DNA from: Octopus sinensis
Lineage: Eukaryota
Direction: 5' to 3'
Length of the DNA: 64,000 nt
Assembly (NCBI RefSeq): GCF_006345805.1
Contig: NC_043011.1
Coordinates: forward strand, 58,478,464 to 58,542,463
Within the stretch, counting starts at the first letter, position 1. Every line of letters starts with the position of its first letter. Under the pieces are notes generated by a model. That model ran no database searches and was not told the origin of the DNA. It saw nothing but the letters and a program-made list of their open reading frames with translations. The translations under genes were made by a program, and so were the position numbers. Shown in pieces: positions 55,787 to 64,000 of the stretch.

Positions 55787-56096
55787 AGGTTTAGGTTTGT
55801 TCCTTCTCGAACCATGCCTGGCTCATAAGGGCCGGTTTCCTGGTTTCCTTGGCGTATAGGTTCCCCACCGGGACGGGACGCCGGCCCGTCGCAGGTAAGC
55901 TGCAAGATGCAGGAGGAAAGAGTGAGAGAAAGTTGTATCGAAAGAGTCAGCAGAAGTTCGCCATTACCTTCTGCCGGAGCCGCGTGGAGTTTAGGTGTTT
56001 CGCTCATAAACACACACATGGCCCGTTCTGAGATTGGAACCCGCGATCCCTCGACCGCGAGTCCGCTGCTCTAACCACTAGGCCATGTTCCTCCAC
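55787..56096 (-). mobile_element. SINE family B head and body with a different 3' module (tail B2, V-domain-like)
   Basis: GTGGAGGAACATGGCCTAGTGGTTAG head, GGGTTCCAATC B-box; tail CTGCGACGGGCCGGCGTCCCGTCCCGGTGGGG...GGAAACCGGCCCTTATGAGCC. Confidence 0.8.
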
Positions 56097-56103
56097 ACAC
56101 ATA

Positions 56104-56155
<52 letters not shown>

Positions 56156-56498
56156 GCTACTACTACAATTGCTAATGATGATGATGATCATATTGATACT
56201 ACTACTAATAATAAAATCTGTTTGTCGTCCTCTATGTGTTAGTGTAAATGTATAACGGCGTAAATCTGTTGACATAAGTTCTTTTGTGTTAAGAGATTAG
56301 TTTATTTAATAATGATCAAGAAACAAAAGGCAAAATCAATATAGAAAGGTGTCCCCCATAAGGCACAGCTCAATAATTAAATAAAAAGGGATACATCCGT
56401 TCATCCATATATCTATAGACACACATAGGCATACACATATATGCACGATAGGCTTCCTCGTCGATGACCACTTATAACTGCTCGGGTTTTTGCTGAAC

Positions 56499-56731
56499 AA
56501 TTGCAGCGTGGAAGGTGTTTATAAGCCATTTAAGAAACACACAAAACCGTTAGATTCACTTCAACATTTAAGTTTAATTTGTCAAAATATTTTCGTCGCT
56601 TTGAGACCTCGACCTGTTCACTGACAAAACTTCTTGCTAAGTTTTGTCAGGGAACAAGTCGCTGCAATTGTTTTCGTTCCAGCGCACGATCTCAGATCAA
56701 GTCACTCGCTATGCAAGTACATCTCCGTAAT
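56499..56731. mobile_element. Head-to-head inverted doublet of a hammerhead-bearing element (family H3)
   Basis: Minus arm 56632-56496; plus arm 56639-56731 internally deleted; shared CGCTGCAATTGTT at 56496-56508(-) and 56660-56672(+); TTTTTGCTGAAC at 56487-56498 and 56732-56743. Confidence 0.7.
56578..56628 (-). ncRNA. Minimal type I hammerhead fold with G3-C8 compensated core
   Basis: UUUGUCA-GUGAACA-G-GUCG[AGGUCUCAAAG]CGAC-GAAA-AUAU-UU-UGACAAA; perfect 7-bp stem I, palindromic stem III AAUAUU. Confidence 0.7.
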
Positions 56732-56974
56732 TTTTTGCTGAACGTTTTCTTTAAAGTTATCAAATACATATGTTGCACGTTAGCTCACTCACTTCATTAA
56801 CTCGACTTTGCCCGAATAGGTGCTGTGATCCCACAGCAATATCAGATGATGTGTTTTCTTCAAGAGCAAAACGCGGATTAGCAGCCTCCCGCCATCGATG
56901 CTCCGCAAGAGAAAAATCAAAGGCCAGTAAATTTTGGCCTTGCAACTCTTTTGCACAGCCGAGTGAAATGGAAC

Positions 56975-57070
56975 CAAGTCAACTAAATAACTTGCTCAAG
57001 AATACGACACAGCCGAGAACGGGAATCGAACTCACAACATCATAATCGTAAGCCCGTCGCACTGGTCACG
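56975..57070 (-). mobile_element. Diverged CORE-like SINE head
   Basis: AACTTGCTCAAGAATACGACACAGCC...GGGAATCGAACTCAC is the reverse complement of a B-box plus CORE-like segment. Confidence 0.5.
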
Positions 57071-57695
57071 TAGGCAATCGTGTATATATAAGGCTATATA
57101 GGCATGTACATGTATCTGTATGTGTGTATATGTATATCTATCTAGACAAACATACCTACCTATATATACACACAACACACACATACACACACAAACACAC
57201 ACACACAAACACACACACACAACACACACACACACATATATATATATGTATGTATACGCATACACACATATATCATCATTATTTTCCTCGTCATTGACAT
57301 TATCAGAATTGCTTAGCACTGGTGTTTAACCAATGAGAAATCAGGGACATAAAGCGCATGCGTAAGTTTATATTACTATTTCAAAAACATACAAAAAATA
57401 CGTGTAAATAGTAGCAACTAATATAAGTGATTTAAGCCAGAAGCTATGATCGGACTTTTTTTTTTCCTTTCAAATAATTATGACATAATGAGGAGAGAAG
57501 CATTAAAATTCTTGGCGAAACATAAAATACTCATAAGAAAATATGAAAACCTAGTAATAAAAATAAGTTTAAACTGTAACACTCTGGTGCTACGTTGTAA
57601 ATAGTAAACATTCTCACACGCACGTAGACGTATTAGACATATGGCTGATTTTAGTATATTAACAGACAACTATCTCGGTTTCCCTTCTGTGTAGG

Positions 57696-57771
57696 TATAT
57701 ATACTTACATACATACATACATTATATAGATACATATACATACATACATGTATATGTATGCATATATATAT

Positions 57772-57823
<52 letters not shown>

Positions 57824-58380
57824 CATATACATATACATACATACATATATATATATATTATATATATATATATATACATATATGTACATATACATACATA
57901 TACATATATATATTATATATATATATATATATATACATACATACATATACATAAATACATACACATATATATACATACACACATGTGCATGTTATATACA
58001 TACATATACATATATACATATACACATACATATACATACATATATACATACACATATGTACATACATATACATACATGGATATACATATATACATACATA
58101 TACATGCATGTATATACATATATACATACATATACATACATATACATATCTACATACATACACATACATATATACATACATATATATATATATACATACA
58201 TATACATACATACATTTATGTATATATACATTTATACATGCATATATATATATACATACATATACATATATATAATTATATATATATATATATTATATAT
58301 ATATATATATAGATAATAGATAGATAGATAGATAGATAGATATACATATAAATGTATATATATATATGTGTATATATCAG
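57696..58380. repeat. Long degenerate (TA)n/(TACA)n array ending in (GATA)n
   Basis: Read directly. Confidence 0.95.
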
Positions 58381-58670
58381 AGAGATACATTATATATAGA
58401 GACATGGAAATGTGAGTGTATATGTCTGCAGACATCTGGGAATTTATGAGGTTGCGAAGTTCGTGTATATTTGTTTTAGAAATTGAAAACAAAATATTCA
58501 CAAAAGTATTTTAGTGTGGGAAAGTTCAGTTGATCTGTAAGTTGTCTTATAGTCGCATTTGTTTTATATTTCAACTTTTTTTTCATAATATTCAATCTAT
58601 CTTAGTGGTAGTTCAAAGTAGTAGTATTATGTTACCATCCTATATACATACATCGATACATATGTTTGTA

Positions 58671-58743
<73 letters not shown>

Positions 58744-59136
58744 CTTAGAATACCGGTGTGTTACGGATTTATTTGTTTCACTACAATTGTTTTTAAGTTT
58801 TCCTAGCAGAATATCAAACATAACTTTCCCACCAGAATAATCTCTATTTCATCGACGTCGTAATCATCATCATCATCATCAACATCATTGCCATTGTCGT
58901 CATCATCATCATCATCATCATTATCATCATCATTATCATCAACATCACCAACACCACCAGTATATTATTATTACTGAGTGAGAGAGCCATACTTAACACT
59001 GACGCTGGCGTAAAATATGTGAAGCCCAATATACCCATCATGTAATTATGAATTTATATTTATATAGAGTATATATTTCGTTTTGGGATTTGTTTTGCAA
59101 GATTATTTATATGTGTTCGTGTGTTGAAGCATATTA

Positions 59137-59350
59137 TGTTGTGTCTGGAGATAGTCATTTTCTTTTTGTGCCTAATAATATAACACACTCACCGGTAAAA
59201 TTTCCACCTATTTCTCCAAGACTATTAAAAAGGTTGCAAGACGCAACGAAAATTTTAGGAATATAAAAATAAGAAAAAAGTGGAAATTTTACCGGTGATT
59301 GTGTTATATTATAAGGCAGAAAAAGAAAATGACTCTCCCCAGACACAACA
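59137..59350. mobile_element. MITE-like inverted repeat, 71-bp arms, 72-bp spacer
   Basis: Arms 59137-59207 and 59280-59350 with few mismatches. Confidence 0.8.
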
Positions 59351-59501
59351 GAATAGTGTATATATAATATATATTTTATATATATGTTGACTGGGTGTCT
59401 GTAGCCAGCTGGAAAACGATTTACTGGGGATAAAACAACAGTAGCATCATCCTTTATAAGACTGCCACATTCTGTTGGTATATAAACTTTACTATATATA
59501 T

Positions 59502-60225
59502 AATTTAATTTAAAATTTAAAATGAGGGTGAGAAATTAGATATAGATTTAATTAAGATCGATTTCACACCAGTGATCTAGCATATAAAGAAACTAAAGGT
59601 TCAGTAAAATTGTATTATGTATATATATTAGAGGGAAACCACTATGTGGACACCCTTACGGTTTCACCCTCTAATATATATATAATACAATTTTACTGAA
59701 CTTTCAGTTTTTTTATATGCTAGACCACTGGTGTGAAATCGATGTTGATTAAATTAATATCTAATTCCTCGCCCTCATTTAAAATTTCAAATTAAATTAA
59801 TAAGTTCTCTAACCGGCAAAGTCTGCTGAAGTAAAGTATTATCTGCAGCATCAGTTTTTCCGGAAATTATACACGCCAAAACGAGGACATTTGAAAGAGT
59901 AGGCTCGAGTGTAATGGGTATGACTATTTTACAAGTCTGACTTTGTGCGGACGTCATAGTATGCAGTCCTACACATTATATTCACCTGAACGGTCGTACC
60001 GATGATCTACGGACAATTACGTAAGTAAGATTACGTAATTTGTTGAGAGTGAAGCATATATACGAATAATCCATATTTTTATTACTTTTTCTTTTGTCTT
60101 GCTCGATTACGTTTTGGTTGTTTTGCTAAATTTTTCTTGAGAACATTTCTTAGTGGTGAGACCGTAGCGAATCTATTTCTAGCATAAGGGTGTCCACATA
60201 GTGGTTTCCCTCTAATATGTATATA

Positions 60226-60235
<10 letters not shown>
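59502..60235. repeat. Nested inverted repeats: ~139-bp-arm hairpin plus a second inverted copy of its apex
   Basis: Arms 59502-59640 / 59660-59798 with 19-nt loop; TATTAGAGGGAAACCACTATGTGGACACCCTTA is inverted again at ~60184-60218. Confidence 0.85.
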
Positions 60236-60267
<32 letters not shown>

Positions 60268-60492
60268 TTTGTGTAAGGAAAAGGAGGTTCTAAATTTCTC
60301 ATGGAGCCTGAAGTCTCATTATGGAGTACACGGAGTTACGTGGCTCGTCGTAAGTACATGGTTGTATCTAGGAGTAGAAAGGGTGTCCGTATAAATATTA
60401 ACTTTAATATTGGTGAAAGATTCGTGAATATAAATTCTTTGAAAAGAATTGAGCTTAAATATTAATTCATTATTCCATCGGCATTTTTATCA

Positions 60493-61411
60493 ATATATAT
60501 ATACATATATATATACATATATATATATACATATATATATTACATATATATATATACATATATATATATATACATATATATATACATATATATATACAAT
60601 ATACTATATATATACATATACATATAATACATATATATATACATATATATATAATATACATATATATATATACATATATATATATATACATATATATATA
60701 TACATATATATATATATAATATACATATATATATAATATATATACATATACATATATATATATACATATACATATACATATATATATATACATATAATAT
60801 ATATATATACATATACATATACATATATATCTATATACATATACATATATATATACATATACATATACATATATATTATACATATACATATTATATACAT
60901 ATACATATATATATACATATCATATATATATATATACATATACATATATATATATATACATATACATATATATATATATAATAATATATATTATATATAT
61001 AATATATATATAGATACATATATATATATACATATATATATACATATATATATACATATATATATATACATATATATATATACTATATATATATACATAA
61101 TATATATACATATATATATACATATATATATACATATATATATACATATATATACATAGTATATACATATATATATACATATATATATATACATATATAT
61201 ATACATATACATATATATATACATATATAATATATACATATATATATACATATATATATACATATATATACATATATATATACATATACTATATATATAT
61301 ACATATATATATATAACATATACATCATATTATATATACATATATATATACATATACATATATTATATAATATACCATATACATATATATATATACATAT
61401 ATTATAATATA

Positions 61412-61442
<31 letters not shown>

Positions 61443-61536
61443 TATATATACATATATATATATATACATATATATATACATATACATATATATATATATA
61501 CATATATATAATACATATACATATATATATATATAC

Positions 61537-61580
<44 letters not shown>

Positions 61581-61711
61581 CATATACATATATATATATA
61601 ACATATAATATACTATACATATAATATATATATACATATATATATATATATAACATATATATATACTATATACATATATAATATACATATATATATTATA
61701 TATACATATAT

Positions 61712-61791
<80 letters not shown>

Positions 61792-61882
61792 ATATACTAT
61801 ATATATATATTAATATACATATATATATACTACATATATATATATATATATATACATCTATATATATAATATATACATATAT

Positions 61883-61913
<31 letters not shown>

Positions 61914-61944
61914 ATATATTATATATTTATACTATATATATATA

Positions 61945-61997
<53 letters not shown>

Positions 61998-62030
61998 CAT
62001 ATATATATACCATATACATATATATATATC

Positions 62031-62112
<82 letters not shown>

Positions 62113-62553
62113 CCATATATACATATATATATATATATACATATAATATAATATACATACATATATATATACATATATATATATACATACATATATATAT
62201 ACATATATATATATACATATATATATATATCATACATATATATAATATATATACATATATATATATACATACTATATATATACATATATATATACATTAT
62301 ATATATATATATACATATATATATATACCATACATATATATATATATATATACATATATATCTATACATACATATATATATATACATATATATATATACA
62401 TACATATATATATATACTATATATATATACATACATATATATTATACATACATATATATATACATATATATATAACATATATATATATATATATATATAC
62501 ATATATATCATATATATCATATATATATATATACTATATATATATAATACATA

Positions 62554-62598
<45 letters not shown>

Positions 62599-62600
62599 TA
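60493..62600. repeat. ~2.1-kb degenerate (TA)n array with C interruptions
   Basis: Read directly. Confidence 0.97.
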
Positions 62601-63136
62601 TCAGTTCATTTTACCATTTTCCATAAATGAAAGCCATCGAGTTGTGCGCGTGCATGCGTGTGTCTTGTTTTGTAGGGAGATGTAACTTAGAAGTTACATC
62701 AGATTAAATAATTGGTGGAATATTAATAATCAAAAGACTTCCTAATATTATTAGCTTTATAATTGTAAAGATCCTGAGGGAAAATATCGTTTCTTTATTA
62801 AACGACCGCACATTCACCCTTGGAGAGGTTTATGCGGCAAATTTAATAAGCCATCACGTGATCTTCAGATCATTAAAGTGCAATAAATTCATGTAACTGT
62901 GTGTGTGTACTTGTAGGTGTGTTTGTATGCTTCAATAGCATTTTTTAGTCTGTGTTATGAAATATTTATTTAACGGATATAATTTTGATATACTAAGATC
63001 CTGATGGCAAAAATTAATCACTTAAGGAAGAGAAAGTTTCGATTTCCTTGCCAATACAAATATACACCAACGTAGGTAAACATATACATAACCGCAAAAT
63101 CAAACGATATTTGTCAACAATATAACGTAAATATAT

Positions 63137-63340
63137 ACTCATTTACTTGTTTCAGTCATTTGACTGCGGCCATTCTGGAGTACCGCCTTTAGTAGAGCAA
63201 ATCGACCACTGGATTTATTCATTGTAAACCTAGTACTTATTCCATCGGGCTCCTTTTACCGAACCGCTAAGTTACGGGGACGTAAACACGTCAGCATTGG
63301 TTGTCAAGCGATGTGGGGGGGGACACAAACGCGCAAACAT
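63137..63340 (-). mobile_element. SINE family C 3' module (no head visible)
   Basis: Homologous to 26848-27070. Confidence 0.85.
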
Positions 63341-63377
<37 letters not shown>

Positions 63378-63499
63378 ACTCTAGAATGAAACGGTCGGTG
63401 TTGAGACGAGCCATGTCGAACCAAGTGCATGTAGACTCGCATATGCTTTTATGTAACAAACAAGAGTTGACGACTTCACTAATAACCATGAATCTCTTG

Positions 63500-63800
63500 C
63501 TCATGATTTGAGAGAAGTGGTGACCTGCTGCATACATTCAAAGAGAAGAACGTTCCGAAAATACCAGACAGCAAACTAATGAATCAAATTCAAAGTACCA
63601 TAATATACAACTGGCAATGCAATTGATACGGCAATAAAAGAAACGCTATTCTAGTGGGGTTTTTACATTTAGTAAAACTCAATGAGCTGCATGGCAATGG
63701 GGAACCCATCGATCAAACACGTATAGTGCCCTGGTAAATAAGGATTTCTGCGGACTCTGCAATGCATCACTTATGACTCCGAACCAAGTAGGTCTGTCAA
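63500..63800 (+). pseudogene. Possible very old PLE GIY-YIG remnant
   Basis: QSTIIYNWQCN and DSAMHHL loosely resemble PLE SNVIY.F.C.C and SAIGQHL motifs; multiple stops. Confidence 0.2.
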
Positions 63801-64000
63801 CATTTTAGACATAATCGACATACACAAAAGCACTCTGATGACGAACCATTGCTTTTGTGAATACAAAAATATGGTGTTGGTCGCAGCGCAGTGTACGCAC
63901 ACCGACGGAAAAGAGTAGTGGTGAGTAGAGACAGAGAAGTAGGGGTGCTGCACGATATAATAATAAGGGAGAACGTTGCCCATGTATATGCACACGTAGG

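Noticed and set aside
55787-55798. AGGTTTAGGTTT as a telomere-like repeat
   Set aside because: Only two units and it forms the SINE tail end.
57722-62432. Many long Y/I/C/V/M/H/T-rich ORFs in the ORF track (also at 11600-12062, 20063-20903, 27165-27791 and elsewhere)
   Set aside because: They are translations of (TA)n/(CA)n/(TACA)n microsatellites, which lack stops in most frames.

Overview
AT-rich, microsatellite-dense eukaryotic DNA with no recognisable host protein-coding gene, rRNA, true tRNA gene or CRISPR array. The repeat repertoire and density of (TA)n/(CA)n/(AAT)n arrays point to a coleoid cephalopod, most likely Octopus (inference). Nearly all long ORFs in the supplied track are microsatellite translations. 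The real coding remnants are all transposon-derived: R4/Dong-type RLE retroelement tails stacked in (AAT)n arrays (3990-5255), a full-length decayed Tc1/mariner (21908-23095), Penelope-like element (PLE) fragments (25300-25880, 35392-36715) and three RTE LINE 3' ends (41760-42290, 47163-47706, 48780-49035). There are also two non-autonomous Helitrons, mariner MITEs, and several tRNA-derived SINE families with exchangeable tails. The most notable signal is a set of short non-coding elements carrying minimal hammerhead ribozyme (HHR) folds. These include a canonical core (49201-49246), a G3-C8 compensated core (56578-56628) and an A6U core repeated in three copies. One family has a tRNA-like head, and two families occur as head-to-head inverted doublets with one internally deleted arm, bracketed by 11-12 bp direct repeats. 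Several long fold-back palindromes are also present. All family assignments come from motif recognition by eye, not from database searches.
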